Origin: a virus
Lineage: Duplodnaviria; Heunggongvirae; Uroviricota; Caudoviricetes
Virus record (IMG/VR): IMGVR_UViG_2617270938_000005
Location: 1-43,652 of that record
Length of the DNA stretch: 43,652 nucleotides
Reading direction: 5' to 3' (one strand)
A program made the position numbers and the translations under genes. Positions within the stretch are counted from its first letter, which is position 1. Each line of letters opens with the position of its first letter. A model generated the notes under the pieces. It ran no database searches and was not told the DNA's origin. It saw only the letters and a list, made by a program, of their open reading frames with translations. This document shows positions 9,088 to 20,534 of the stretch, piece by piece.

Positions 9088-10121
9088 TCTACATCTCCGA
9101 CTTTGTCCAAAGTGCCTTTTGCCAATAGTTCTTTGCCACCTTTAGCCAGGCAAAGCAGGTCCATATACCACGCCTGCCCGCGAGTATCGCCAGTATAGTC
9201 AATGCTGCCGACAATGTAATCACCATCGGTATTGATTGCCGCCAGCTGCGACCCGGGAAGCCCATCGACATAGATGTTACCGTCTGTGGTACTTTCGCCT
9301 AAGATACCTGGTGACTGGCCAACCTGGTCATTACCGAGAGCCTGACGATATACAGAGGCCTGATCCAGCCTGATAAGCCCACCAAGCTTAATATTCGGGT
9401 TTATCAGACAGCGCACATTTACCCCGGCGCCCATCGTCTGCTGAGGCATACCGATCAGGCCCGTATTGGCGTTCAGTACAATCGCTTCCTGTATGTACTT
9501 ATCATCAGGAACAATATGCACCTGGTTGTTTTCGTACCACCAATTAGCCTTACATTGCCCTGCAAGGCTGTACATCAGGCGTCCAGTGTTCTGATAAATA
9601 GTGCGGCCGCGGGGGAATACAGTTGGACCAAAATCCGGCCTGCTTCCCTCTGTAATGCCATAAGGGCTAAGGGACTGCATACCCAAATCAAACAGGTCAG
9701 CATGCTTCCAGCCTGCCGATACTGTCGTTTTCACGCTGGCGTTGAGATGCCCCTCCCAGCCATCAATACACTGGATGAGCACCCAACTATCGGTGACGTT
9801 ATCTTTTCCGGTAACGGTAAAGCGAATATCACCGTTAAAGATGATCCCCACATTTTTATCAGGATAGTTACCACTGCTGTCTGCTGTGCCGTTATACCCG
9901 GCAATAGCCCTTACACGAGTAAACTCTTTACCCATGATCCGGTTTTGTGTCTCCGGCGACAGATTGTAGATTTTGAAGTTACCCACGAATCCGTTAAAGA
10001 TAGTCGCGGGCATCTTCTGGATATTAAACGTCACCTTAAAATCCGACAGCGAAACACCATCACCCTTGTCGTCAATAAGCTGCAGCTCAAAGTGCCGCAT
10101 CCAGTTCTGAGACATAATCAC
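9084..10121 (-). CDS. tail/baseplate hub protein (putative)
   Basis: 345-aa ORF in baseplate position downstream of tape measure region. Confidence 0.4.
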   Translation of the reverse strand: MIMSQNWMRHFELQLIDDKGDGVSLSDFKVTFNIQKMPATIFNGFVGNFKIYNLSPETQNRIMGKEFTRVRAIAGYNGTADSSGNYPDKNVGIIFNGDIRFTVTGKDNVTDSWVLIQCIDGWEGHLNASVKTTVSAGWKHADLFDLGMQSLSPYGITEGSRPDFGPTVFPRGRTIYQNTGRLMYSLAGQCKANWWYENNQVHIVPDDKYIQEAIVLNANTGLIGMPQQTMGAGVNVRCLINPNIKLGGLIRLDQASVYRQALGNDQVGQSPGILGESTTDGNIYVDGLPGSQLAAINTDGDYIVGSIDYTGDTRGQAWYMDLLCLAKGGKELLAKGTLDKVGDVE

Positions 10122-10420
10122 TCCGTTACTGCGTAGAGATGGCTTTTAATGCCGAGGTCGGTTTGGGTTGGATTATCATTTGCTGGGTCGTCGCAATTGA
10201 CATAGAGCGAAAAGCCAAGCCCGAGATAGCGATACTGAGCCAGCAGGTTGGCGCCGGTGATAAGCGGGATCCCCTTTATCAGGTCGGCCCCGGTACTGTC
10301 CATAATATCCAGACACCAGAAAGCAGCACGCCAGGTGACAGCCATTTGCAGGCTTTGACCTGCAACAGATATGGAGAATCGCTGGTTTTCTGGTGATAGA
10401 GGGATTTCTGAAACAGCCAT
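10118..10420 (-). CDS. hypothetical tail protein
   Basis: 100-aa ORF translationally coupled within tail module. Confidence 0.35.
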   Translation of the reverse strand: MAVSEIPLSPENQRFSISVAGQSLQMAVTWRAAFWCLDIMDSTGADLIKGIPLITGANLLAQYRYLGLGFSLYVNCDDPANDNPTQTDLGIKSHLYAVTE

Positions 10421-11020
10421 TTAACCTCCCGAGATGAAACCGACAAACCGGCTTATTAGCGACTCATCTTTCGGAGTCGGTGTCTTTACTCCTGAATTTT
10501 GCACCGCTGACGTGTTTACCCCCTCTTTCATGTTTTCCTTCGCTGCCACGCTGACTGTCTGCGTTTGGCTGGTGATTATTTCCCTCAGTGTAACTGTCGC
10601 CATCAGTACGTTTTCGCTGGTACGTTCGGTCGTCACATCCAGAGAGCGGATCACCATATTGGTATAAAGACGCTTCCCGGTGGTTACATCAAGCAACTGC
10701 CTTTCCTGCTGCATTTTGAGCAGCTCAGCATAGACTTCCTTAGGCCCCATGTTGTTAAGGGGCGTAGACAGCCCGATGCCTGCTGTATCATAAAAATCCA
10801 GCAAGGAACCACCACCAGCAAAGCCTATCTCCATAACGACTTCTGACGGGCGCCGATATGCATGGTCTGCAATGAACCCTGTTCCTGCGCTTGTAGGCCT
10901 TTCAACTGGATGCTCTGTCACCTCCAGAGCATCGCTATGACGCTCTGAAACCACCACATCGGGTATCATCAGACCAATACGGCGGCTCCGCTGCTGGAAA
11001 AGGGTTGAAAGAATATCCAT
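10421..11020 (-). CDS. tail protein downstream of tape measure (DNA-circularisation-like position)
   Basis: 199-aa ORF abutting tape measure stop. Confidence 0.35.
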   Translation of the reverse strand: MDILSTLFQQRSRRIGLMIPDVVVSERHSDALEVTEHPVERPTSAGTGFIADHAYRRPSEVVMEIGFAGGGSLLDFYDTAGIGLSTPLNNMGPKEVYAELLKMQQERQLLDVTTGKRLYTNMVIRSLDVTTERTSENVLMATVTLREIITSQTQTVSVAAKENMKEGVNTSAVQNSGVKTPTPKDESLISRFVGFISGG

Positions 11021-13020
11021 CAGCTCGGCCCCCTGGTTAGTTGCTGGGTAGCGCGTGCATTAACGTTGCCCTGGCTTTCAGAGACGATTTTCCCCGCCTC
11101 TCTCGGATCGCTGACACCAGAAATGTTGATAACGGTATTCTGGTTCAATGTCGCGCCAGCCCCCGGCATATTGCTCAACACCTTCGGGATATATTGCCTG
11201 GTTTCCTGCGGCATCAGCGCCATGCCGTATTTCTGCACGTTACCGATCCCCCAGTTATACGAGGCCAGAGCTTTACCCAGATCTCCGCCGTTCTTCTGCA
11301 GGAGCATCGATAGATATCGCGCCGCCGCTTCCGCTGACTTGATCGGGTCGAAGACATCATTCCCGCGTAGCCCCATATCCCGAGCGGTGCCAGGCATAAA
11401 CTGGAACATTCCCTGTGCGCCGGCACCGGATACAGCGAACTGATTTCCCCCTGATTCAGTGATAGCGACACTTCGCAGAAGACCAGAAGGAAGGTTATAC
11501 ATAGCCTCCAGCTTACCCATCATCGGGGCCATCCATCCAAGCAACTGAGCGCCAGCTTTTGAAGGTGACGGTCGTTTCACTGATTGTCCGTACTGCGTGG
11601 CATCACCATTCCACCAGTCAACAGCCTTATCCCATAACCCCTGCCCGACAGAGGCGGCACCCTGAATAATCGGGCTATCACTCCACGCTGCGGCTGCGCC
11701 TTTAAGCGAATCCCATGCGCCTGAGAAATCGCCACTAATAACCTTTCGCAGAGCGTCCACCAGCGAACCAAGGATTTTGATTGAACTGCGGACGCTTTCG
11801 ATAATCTGGTCAAACAGCCATTTGCCATTAAATTTCGACGTATCGATATTAATGAATTCAAGGAATCGCTTACCCAGATCGACGATGGCAGAGCCAAGGT
11901 CTTTAACCTTCAGATAGATGCCACTAAAGTCCTTACTCAGGCTGGCAAAAGCCTTTTGGGCATATTTGATACCCGGCTCCCATTTCCCCCAGTCTATGAG
12001 CGACTGGCCGCCTTCTTTCCACGTACGGTAATCGTCGTAGAGACCTATCAGCGCGGCTCCCAGCATAAAGACACGGCCAATGGGCGACATCGCAAAGGCG
12101 GTATTCAGAAGGCGCCATGCAACCATCAATGCGCCAAATACCTCAATAACTTGTCTGGTTTCGGTACCGAGTGATTTCCACCAGTTGATAATGTCCCCTG
12201 TGAGCTGTATCAACCGATAAACCACCCGGCCAATGATTTCACCAAACCACAGGACACCTTTGACACCAGCAGTGATAGCCCCTTCAATTTTCGGGAAATT
12301 CTCCATGATCTGACGGCGCAGGCGGTCCAGCGAGCCCGTCAGACCATCGGCCAGACTGGAACCGATTTTGTCCCGCGCCATACCGGCCATTTCGCCGAGG
12401 GAACGGAGTGAGGTCATAAACCTGTTAGACGCAGCAGCAGCCTGTTCAGGATTGAACCCGATGGCCTTTTTCATCGCGTTGTACTGGCCCATGTACTCAC
12501 CAATACCACGGCGCATTGCCATCAGGGTATTTTCATCAATACCCAGCATCTGTGCGTACTGGTTTGCACGGTAGTACGGCATGCTGCTAAGACGCTGGCC
12601 GACGCCGGTAAAGATCGTCGCCATATCCCGCATGTTGCCGCTGGCATCACGCGTTTGAACCCCCAGCCGGTTCAGGAAACCCTCAGCGCCGGGATTGTTA
12701 CGCATGAACCTGGCAAGATTTTCGAGAGAGCCGCGGGCCCCGTCGACACTGCCGCCAACCTGACTAACCGCATACCCAATCTGCTTAATGCCCTCCACCG
12801 TCGCGCCTGTGCGCTGAGAGGCCCAGTACAGGTCGTCGAGACCGCTGGCAATTTTCGCGGTGAATGCAACGACGGAAAGTGCCGCCGCCTCAACTTTGAC
12901 GCCCAGTTCAATCGCTTTAAGCGTTGTCCCGGCAACGACGGCATCGAATTTTCTGGCGCCAGCCTCATCAACTTTGAACCCAAGCGAGATCAGAAAGTCC
13001 TTGAGCGTTTCAGCGTTCAT
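11020..13020 (-). CDS. tail tape measure protein with C-terminal lytic transglycosylase (SLT) domain
   Basis: 666-aa ORF after frameshifted chaperone; C-terminal AITESGGN...GMFQFMPGTARDMG...YNWG is SLT-like. Confidence 0.8.
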   Translation of the reverse strand: MNAETLKDFLISLGFKVDEAGARKFDAVVAGTTLKAIELGVKVEAAALSVVAFTAKIASGLDDLYWASQRTGATVEGIKQIGYAVSQVGGSVDGARGSLENLARFMRNNPGAEGFLNRLGVQTRDASGNMRDMATIFTGVGQRLSSMPYYRANQYAQMLGIDENTLMAMRRGIGEYMGQYNAMKKAIGFNPEQAAAASNRFMTSLRSLGEMAGMARDKIGSSLADGLTGSLDRLRRQIMENFPKIEGAITAGVKGVLWFGEIIGRVVYRLIQLTGDIINWWKSLGTETRQVIEVFGALMVAWRLLNTAFAMSPIGRVFMLGAALIGLYDDYRTWKEGGQSLIDWGKWEPGIKYAQKAFASLSKDFSGIYLKVKDLGSAIVDLGKRFLEFINIDTSKFNGKWLFDQIIESVRSSIKILGSLVDALRKVISGDFSGAWDSLKGAAAAWSDSPIIQGAASVGQGLWDKAVDWWNGDATQYGQSVKRPSPSKAGAQLLGWMAPMMGKLEAMYNLPSGLLRSVAITESGGNQFAVSGAGAQGMFQFMPGTARDMGLRGNDVFDPIKSAEAAARYLSMLLQKNGGDLGKALASYNWGIGNVQKYGMALMPQETRQYIPKVLSNMPGAGATLNQNTVINISGVSDPREAGKIVSESQGNVNARATQQLTRGPS

Positions 13021-13623
13021 TAGCCTCTCTCCATTTCGCTATACGGTTTTCGTTATCGGCTTTCAGGTCCAGCCAGTCATTCATACGGGCAATATCAGCC
13101 AGGTCTACTGATCCATCTTTCAGGGCGGTGTAAGGGATAAGCCCGGCATCCACCGGGCGCATCAGGAAATCCTCACCTTCTGGCATGGATTCCAGGACAG
13201 GACCTATGGCTGGGTAGGCGTCCCGCTGCCGGGGAGTTCTTTCAAAAAATTTCCCAGGCTGTCGGCGACCACCCGCGCCACCAGCTGCAGCATCGTGAAC
13301 AGGTCGATATCGTCGAACATCAGCGCGCCCTGATCGAATACCTTCGTCCAGCCCTTTTCGTGCTGGCGGGAAACGACGCTCAGACACGGATGAATCACCG
13401 CGTTAACGTCCTCGTCCGGCAGCGCGGCCAGCGTATCGGCAATTTTCGGCAGTACGCTTTCCAGCACTGCACCAGAGTTACCCGCAGCGGCCTGCGCTTT
13501 CAGCGTGGAAAATTCGCTAACGAGCCCAGCCAGCACCGGCAGCAGCTTACGGCTTACCTTCAGTTGCTGGAATACGTCGAGTTTGGCGGTTCGATAATTA
13601 ACGCCTTTGATTTCAAATTCCAT
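13010..13623 (-). CDS. tail assembly chaperone -1 frameshift fusion product (GT-like)
   Basis: Slippery run GGGAAATTTTTTG (plus 13243-13255) near the end of the G-like ORF; the -1 frame continues as FFERTPRQRD... to a stop at 13010. Confidence 0.55.
13204..13623 (-). CDS. tail assembly chaperone (G-like)
   Basis: 139-aa ORF between tube and tape measure genes. Confidence 0.6.
   Translation of the reverse strand: MEFEIKGVNYRTAKLDVFQQLKVSRKLLPVLAGLVSEFSTLKAQAAAGNSGAVLESVLPKIADTLAALPDEDVNAVIHPCLSVVSRQHEKGWTKVFDQGALMFDDIDLFTMLQLVARVVADSLGNFLKELPGSGTPTQP
13243..13255 (-). other. programmed -1 ribosomal frameshift slippery site
   Basis: Overlapping X_XXY_YYZ heptamers G_GGA_AAT, A_AAT_TTT, T_TTT_TTG in zero frame. 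Confidence 0.55.
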
Positions 13624-13626
13624 CCG

Positions 13627-14070
13627 TTAAAACTCCCCCAGCAGCTGGTCAATCTTGCCGCAGTCAAAGACCCAGGAAACCGTATTGCCGACTTTGGCGT
13701 TAGCGTGATCGGGTTGCTTCTGGAAAGCACAAGAACGCGCTGTAGTGGTATCACCTGATACTTTGTTGCGAATGACGATGACGTTATTGCCCCACGTCGC
13801 CGAGGACAGGCTCTGTGCGTTGTACATCAGCGAGAGCTTTTTGTTTACCGGGGAGGTTTTCAGCAAAGTTACCGTGATAGTGCCGCTCTTACCGGCGTGC
13901 AGGCTGTGCATCACCTCACCATCGGCGCCGACGGTCATGGTGTTTTTTGCCTCGGTCATCGCAACCGTAATACCTTCTTCGGAGTTCGCCGAGCCGTAGC
14001 CCAGATCGATACTGCCGGTTGGGCCCGTCAGGGATGCCGAGACGTCAATAAAACTATAGGTTCCGCTCAT
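13627..14070 (-). CDS. tail tube protein (putative)
   Basis: 147-aa ORF between sheath-like gene and chaperone, as in contractile tails. Confidence 0.5.
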   Translation of the reverse strand: MSGTYSFIDVSASLTGPTGSIDLGYGSANSEEGITVAMTEAKNTMTVGADGEVMHSLHAGKSGTITVTLLKTSPVNKKLSLMYNAQSLSSATWGNNVIVIRNKVSGDTTTARSCAFQKQPDHANAKVGNTVSWVFDCGKIDQLLGEF

Positions 14071-14079
14071 GGTCGCTCC

Positions 14080-15225
14080 TTATCGCACCACATTGATCTG
14101 CACGTCGGCATAGTGAATGGCACCCGCCAGTTTGATCGCCGCCTGAATCACCGGCGACTTACGCGCTTCCCTGTCGGACTGCGCCTGGTTTTCTACTGAA
14201 TCGGCGTGGACGTAGTAACCCTTGGTCAGTGTGTCACCTGATTCAATCTGGCCGATCGGGCCGCCATTCCATACACCCGGAGCCACCAGGCCGTTATTAA
14301 CCGCCTGATCCAGTGAGGCTTCGACGTTGGTCATTAACCGGGTTACGCCTGCGTCGGTCTGCGGGATTTTGGTGGCCGAGGTGTAAAGCAGGTTATAGAG
14401 ATTGGTCTGAACGTAGTTCTGCAACCAGTCGAGCCCGTGGCGCTCGTCGAAGAAGTCACCGTTCGCCATGACACCCTGTTGCAGGATCGCCGTGTCGTTG
14501 GCGTAGTACACGAATACATTGCAGTTTTTTGCATCAAGTGCCGATGCCTGGCTGACTGTCAGTGTTTCATACCCGACACCCGGCTCCTGCTTAAACTTGA
14601 GCGTAATCGCGGTATTACTGCCATTGAAATTAACCGTGAATGCCCGGCCAAATGCAGATAACGCAGCGTATTTATTACCCGATGAATACTGAATAAAACT
14701 GCGTGAATATCCGGCGGTTTTCAGTTTTGATGCCAAATCATCGCTGGATGCAGTCTGCAGGCATTTCTCATCGCTTGTCGTAATCGCCAGAATACGGCTT
14801 ACAGAAGAGGATTCGATCGCCGCAGCCACTTTCAGCCAGTCTGCATCCGGAATATCTTCATCGTCTGCAATCCCCAGTCCATACCATGAAGTATAATCGA
14901 GCATGGCATTCACAGCCTGCTCCAGCGTCTCAGGCGTGGCCTGTTCGCTGTCTCCCTTCGTTTTCACCCAACGACCAACAAAAACCTCCTGAGGTTTCGG
15001 TGATTGTGAGAAAAACACCTGCGCAGCCTTATATTCTGGTGATTCCACGCCAAAATCTTTTCCAATATCTTCCGCGGCAGAATAACGGCGAATGCGCTCA
15101 CTTACCGGAATGATTGTGGACGGGCCGAGAATGAGTAATGCACCAAAATTTCGCCCTGATGCTGCACGCGGCGACATGATCACATCAACATTAACAACGT
15201 TTGATACAGGCAAGCCCTGTGCCAT
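14080..15225 (-). CDS. tail sheath protein (putative)
   Basis: 381-aa ORF immediately upstream of tube gene. Confidence 0.5.
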   Translation of the reverse strand: MAQGLPVSNVVNVDVIMSPRAASGRNFGALLILGPSTIIPVSERIRRYSAAEDIGKDFGVESPEYKAAQVFFSQSPKPQEVFVGRWVKTKGDSEQATPETLEQAVNAMLDYTSWYGLGIADDEDIPDADWLKVAAAIESSSVSRILAITTSDEKCLQTASSDDLASKLKTAGYSRSFIQYSSGNKYAALSAFGRAFTVNFNGSNTAITLKFKQEPGVGYETLTVSQASALDAKNCNVFVYYANDTAILQQGVMANGDFFDERHGLDWLQNYVQTNLYNLLYTSATKIPQTDAGVTRLMTNVEASLDQAVNNGLVAPGVWNGGPIGQIESGDTLTKGYYVHADSVENQAQSDREARKSPVIQAAIKLAGAIHYADVQINVVR

Positions 15226-15228
15226 AGC

Positions 15229-15852
15229 TTAATCTCCGAAAAAGATGACTGGTGCTTCCACCAGCGATTTAATACCGTACTGGCGGATGATTTTGCGGCG
15301 CAGGTCAACGCTGATATCGTACCGGCGCACCCACTGGTTATTGATGAGTTCGGGCAGATTGAGGATCCGCCCATGCTGCAGAAATGTCAGGCCTGAGCGG
15401 TTGAGCTCGTCATTGTTCTGCGAGACCAGCAGACCGTCACGAAAGCGCGTGGCCATTGCCATCCCCTGCGGGCCATAGAAGCACAAGATCAGGCTCACGG
15501 TCTCATGCGACCACTGTTCGGTGTTCTCTTCGCCCTGCACGTACGCCGGGTTGAAGTCCTCCTGAATGCCGGTGATACCGAACGCGCACCAGGTGGTGCC
15601 GTTTTTGGGTATCTGCTTTTGCGGGTCAGTCCAGCGTGGGTAAACCAGCGTGGCAGCCTGCCCTGTCACACCCCGTATCCAGCGGCTGATTAGCCGTTCC
15701 AGATCCTCATCGTAGGGCGGTGAATCACCGACGGGGGTCAGATATCCCGCCGTTGTGCTGTCGTTACTCAATTGGCGTTCCCCCGTCGAATTCCAGAAGC
15801 TCGCAATGCGCCTGAACGAACCCGGCACCGTACGCCGTATACGGGTCGACAA
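15229..15852 (-). CDS. hypothetical virion protein (tail completion?)
   Basis: 207-aa ORF; 5' end overlaps upstream ORF so true start uncertain. Confidence 0.3.
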   Translation of the reverse strand: MSTRIRRTVPGSFRRIASFWNSTGERQLSNDSTTAGYLTPVGDSPPYDEDLERLISRWIRGVTGQAATLVYPRWTDPQKQIPKNGTTWCAFGITGIQEDFNPAYVQGEENTEQWSHETVSLILCFYGPQGMAMATRFRDGLLVSQNNDELNRSGLTFLQHGRILNLPELINNQWVRRYDISVDLRRKIIRQYGIKSLVEAPVIFFGD

Positions 15853-16149
15853 ACGTCACACGATAATCTCGCCCGCGGTAGGTTACGATATCGGCATCTA
15901 ATCCGGGTTGCCCCTGAGTCAGCCTGAACTGCGTCACGATGAGAATGGCCCCGTTGATGTTCTGTCCGGCGGCCATACGCTTCGCTTCCAGTGAACGGTC
16001 GACGGTTACGACACCAGAGAACGGAATAGCCTGCGCGGTATTGGTCGGAAAATTATCTTCGTCCACTGTCTGCACCTGTCGATAACACACCAGAGACAGG
16101 TCGACAAAGTCCGGATCAAGCAGAACATCCGTCACATCGAGAAACGGCA

Positions 16150-16150
<1 letters not shown>
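15764..16150 (-). CDS. hypothetical head-tail joining protein
   Basis: 128-aa ORF in connector region. Confidence 0.3.
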
Positions 16151-17331
<1,181 letters not shown>

Positions 17332-17361
17332 TCATGAGCGGCCCTTTCGGGCCGCCGCAGG

Positions 17362-18303
17362 TTAGATGCCGTCGACGTAGGCCAGAGTTTCCGGATAAAC
17401 CGGCTCTACTGCACCCAGCTTGCCGTAATAGGTTACGAGCTGATACAGGCCGCGATACTGGATCGGCACGCTCATCAGCGGAACCATCGGGAAGCGAACG
17501 TATTTCTTGTCGTTGGTGTAGAACATCATGCGATCAGAGTTCGACACGCCACGACCTTTCGCCCATTTCACCGGACGGATGTTCAGAGGACGCCCGTTCT
17601 GGTGGTATGCGATGGTGTTGGTTTCCAGATAGGTCAGCAGGGACTGGTTACCAGCGCTGGATACGATGGTGCTTGCCAGCAGAGAGAACTGCTCCGGCGG
17701 GATCAGCATGTCCGTCGGTACCATGGAGTAAGCTGAGTTGGCCCACGCAGCACTCAACCCGGCATTAATGCTCGCCCGGATTTCGTCAGCGGTGGAGGTC
17801 GCCCAGGTCTTCGCGGCGTTGGTCGGCGTTACCTGCGTCAGGTTCAGCAGGCCTTTAACGTTCAGACCGGAATCGCCGATATAAACCTGCTCGTCCGTGT
17901 CCATGTTCCACTTCAGCTGCATGCCGTCGTACTTCTGCGTGTCGATCGGGCGACCAACCTGCGCAGCTGCCTGCAATTCAGGAACGGTCCAGCCAAGCTC
18001 CATACCCCACAGTGTGAGCGGGAAGCCAGTTTTTGCGATGTCGACGTTAAGGCCAGCCATCGCGGTCGCGGCTTTGCTAAGCCAGTTTTTACCGTTAGCA
18101 TTCGGCGTACCGGCAGCAGCAAAAGTGGTGTTAGTGAACGAGCTGATCTCATCAGCAATAGACACGTCTTCACGCAACTGGATATCGCGCGACCAGGTGA
18201 AATTCACCAGCGGCAGATTCAGTGTCTGATCGAGACGCTCCAGCTCATGGACAAGAAAGGCACCAGTGCCGTCGACTGTCGCCTGGTCAAATGTCATTGG
18301 CAT
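17362..18303 (-). CDS. major capsid protein (putative)
   Basis: 313-aa ORF downstream of scaffold/protease and decoration-like genes. Confidence 0.55.
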   Translation of the reverse strand: MPMTFDQATVDGTGAFLVHELERLDQTLNLPLVNFTWSRDIQLREDVSIADEISSFTNTTFAAAGTPNANGKNWLSKAATAMAGLNVDIAKTGFPLTLWGMELGWTVPELQAAAQVGRPIDTQKYDGMQLKWNMDTDEQVYIGDSGLNVKGLLNLTQVTPTNAAKTWATSTADEIRASINAGLSAAWANSAYSMVPTDMLIPPEQFSLLASTIVSSAGNQSLLTYLETNTIAYHQNGRPLNIRPVKWAKGRGVSNSDRMMFYTNDKKYVRFPMVPLMSVPIQYRGLYQLVTYYGKLGAVEPVYPETLAYVDGI

Positions 18304-18314
18304 TTGCGATTTCC

Positions 18315-18809
18315 TTAAATATTGAAGGCCAGCTCAATGTTGCCGCTGGTGTCGCCAGGGCCATTGAAGTAAGCGTTAGTGATCTGGACGGTATTCGAGC
18401 CATCAGCGGCGGCAAGGAACGCGCCGAGAGGGCTTGAGGCGGATGGTGTGGCCACTCGCATGTAGACCGGGCCATGCAGAGCAACGCTGGATGCATCCGC
18501 GCCGATGTTTACCGTGACGTAACCACGTACCAGGCAATCGCCGGTGAAGTTTTTACCGCTGCCTACCTGCTGGACTTTATCCGGCTGGCTGGCGGTCGGA
18601 TACGGACGAACATAAATGCCCACCAGCTCCGACGCTGTATCGCTCGCAGCGATTGGCACAAATTTCCCGGAGGAAATCTTGCCGCCAAGGCCGTAAGCGG
18701 GGAAAAGGTTGGAGGAGTCCAGCAGCTGAGGTTCAACCGTCAGATCCTGCGGACGAGAAATTGCCCCGGCGATGCCCGCTGGCATCCGGTAAAGAAATGT
18801 ATTACCCAT
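18315..18809 (-). CDS. head structural/decoration protein (putative)
   Basis: 164-aa ORF between scaffold-like and capsid genes. Confidence 0.3.
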   Translation of the reverse strand: MGNTFLYRMPAGIAGAISRPQDLTVEPQLLDSSNLFPAYGLGGKISSGKFVPIAASDTASELVGIYVRPYPTASQPDKVQQVGSGKNFTGDCLVRGYVTVNIGADASSVALHGPVYMRVATPSASSPLGAFLAAADGSNTVQITNAYFNGPGDTSGNIELAFNI

Positions 18810-18812
18810 TGG

Positions 18813-20015
18813 TTAGCCTCGTTTAGACCAGAATTCCTGCGCGGCCTGATTCATACCGGCAATGGTTTTAACAGTGGTGGCAGTCTGCGTTTGCAGGCTG
18901 TCGACGGTTTTGGTATTGCGGTTTTTCGCCAGCTCAGAAACAGCCGTGAAAGCCATATCTACCGTGGCTTTTTTCAGCTTGCTGATATCGGCATCACCGA
19001 CAATAGAGCGCACCAGAGATTGATCGGCAGAGGCGAGCACCTGACGCTTGAATGCTGTCGGCTTCGCCTTCTCTGGCAACTGGATGCCTGGCTGAATCAG
19101 ATCGGCACGGTAAGCGGCGTCGCCGGTAACCTTACCCTCTTCTTCCTTTTTCTCCTCTTCGTCCTCGGCATCGCCGGTTCCAGGAGCAGTTGCCGCAGGC
19201 GTGAGTTTGGCCACCGCCTCAATCAGCGCCTTACCCCATGCAGGAATTTCTTCCTCGGCATCGCCGGTACCAGGCAATGCCGGGCCGGGAAGCGGATTTT
19301 GCGGCGCAAGGTTGATGACCACTCCGCCAGGTGTCATAGAGGTCGATACGTCGTTATCGCCCGTGACATCATCAGGCGGGTTATCAATGAGACTTGCCAT
19401 TTCGGCAGCGTCCCCGGTTTTACGGGCCTTCAGGAGCCGGGTAAACCAGTTTTTAGTAGTGCTTGGCATAGAATCCCCTATTGCACAACGGAAACCGGCC
19501 CGCCCGTTAGGGACAAGGGCCAGATGGTTAGCGGTAATCGCAGATTGCTTTGCGAGACCAGGTGAAATTTGTTCGTAATCGGCGTCGTACCCGCAGCTGA
19601 CCTCATCATCACCATCATCAATGGCCTGCAGGGCTTCCGGGGTTTTAACGATGACATCAGCCAGCAGCAGATCGGTTTTATCGTCCGTGCCACGTCGTAC
19701 GTTCTGGATGTGCCCGTGAGCCAGCTGGCGCCAGTTGTCAGGGGTAACAAAGATGATCTGCCCGTCAAAATCTCGCGGATGGCCGATAGTAACTGCCATG
19801 CCTTCGAATGACGCCATGGCTCGCTCGCTGAACACCTCTTCTGGCATCCGGCGTACGATGACTTTCCCTCTGTCGTTTGGGACAAGCTCAGGCCGCTCTG
19901 TGGCGTCGTACTCCTGCTCACCAGTCCTTGCGATCGGGACGTCCTTAAATAGGACTGACCCATCAGCAAGTTGAAAGCGGGTATTACCCAGGCGGGTTTT
20001 AAAGAAATATTTCAT
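18813..20015 (-). CDS. prohead protease/scaffolding protein (putative)
   Basis: 400-aa ORF with acidic, Ala/Pro-rich middle region, located between morphogenesis protein and capsid. Confidence 0.4.
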   Translation of the reverse strand: MKYFFKTRLGNTRFQLADGSVLFKDVPIARTGEQEYDATERPELVPNDRGKVIVRRMPEEVFSERAMASFEGMAVTIGHPRDFDGQIIFVTPDNWRQLAHGHIQNVRRGTDDKTDLLLADVIVKTPEALQAIDDGDDEVSCGYDADYEQISPGLAKQSAITANHLALVPNGRAGFRCAIGDSMPSTTKNWFTRLLKARKTGDAAEMASLIDNPPDDVTGDNDVSTSMTPGGVVINLAPQNPLPGPALPGTGDAEEEIPAWGKALIEAVAKLTPAATAPGTGDAEDEEEKKEEEGKVTGDAAYRADLIQPGIQLPEKAKPTAFKRQVLASADQSLVRSIVGDADISKLKKATVDMAFTAVSELAKNRNTKTVDSLQTQTATTVKTIAGMNQAAQEFWSKRG

Positions 20016-20035
20016 GGATTACCTGCTGAATTGCG

Positions 20036-20065
20036 GGCAAAGAAAAGGCCGCTGAATAGCGGCCT
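20036..20065 (-). terminator. rho-independent terminator after moron
   Basis: GGCCGCT-ATTCA-AGCGGCC followed by TTTTCTTT on minus strand. Confidence 0.65.
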
Positions 20066-20070
20066 CGTTG

Positions 20071-20493
20071 TTAGTTACTATTTAATCTTTCTCGTAATAT
20101 CTTGGCTTTCTCAAGCTTTACTTTTGCCGATTCGAGAGTTTCTCTTGCTTGTTGCACCCTCCTGGCATCCTTGTTTGGATTACTTCCACGCCCTCCCCAG
20201 TCCGGGCTAGATATCCTTTCCCAAGCTTGTTTTGCGGATAATAAATAGCGTTCAGCACCTTCCACATCAGAGGCATTTCTTAACCACTCTAAATAGAACT
20301 TGGTAGCTTCTTCACAATTTTTTAAGAAATTCTCAATATCAGATTTTCTTGTTTTCCCCGTTGGCAGCGAGAATGGGCACCATTCAGATTGCTCTAGGGG
20401 TCTAAAATACCAAGAATATACCCATTGCCCGTTGATAAAATCGCGTTCATGGGTGAATTCTAACCCGTTAAGCTTATGTATGTTTTGCTTCAT
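20071..20493 (-). CDS. hypothetical protein, moron inserted in head module
   Basis: 140-aa ORF in visibly AT-richer segment with its own downstream terminator; no recognised family. Confidence 0.5.
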   Translation of the reverse strand: MKQNIHKLNGLEFTHERDFINGQWVYSWYFRPLEQSEWCPFSLPTGKTRKSDIENFLKNCEEATKFYLEWLRNASDVEGAERYLLSAKQAWERISSPDWGGRGSNPNKDARRVQQARETLESAKVKLEKAKILRERLNSN

Positions 20494-20517
20494 TTGCTAT
20501 CCCTATCGAGTTGTTAC

Positions 20518-20534
20518 TAATGCATTATGCATTA
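20518..20534. promoter_or_regulatory. 17-bp perfect palindrome TAATGCAT-T-ATGCATTA upstream of moron
   Basis: Perfect inverted repeat overlapping stop of the head morphogenesis gene, 25 bp upstream of moron start. Confidence 0.4.

Noticed and set aside
13010-13203. Independent 125-aa gene for ORF 13010..13387
   Set aside because: Its 5' half lies in the alternate frame of the chaperone gene and it joins that gene exactly at a slippery site; it is interpreted as the -1 frameshift extension.
18474-19565. Long plus-strand ORF (363 aa) and other plus-strand ORFs antisense to the head/tail genes (e.g. 191-547, 3564-3824, 9516-10136, 21799-22326)
   Set aside because: They lie entirely antisense to well-supported minus-strand structural genes in GC-rich sequence, lack RBSs, and have low-complexity Arg/Gly/Cys-rich translations typical of shadow ORFs.
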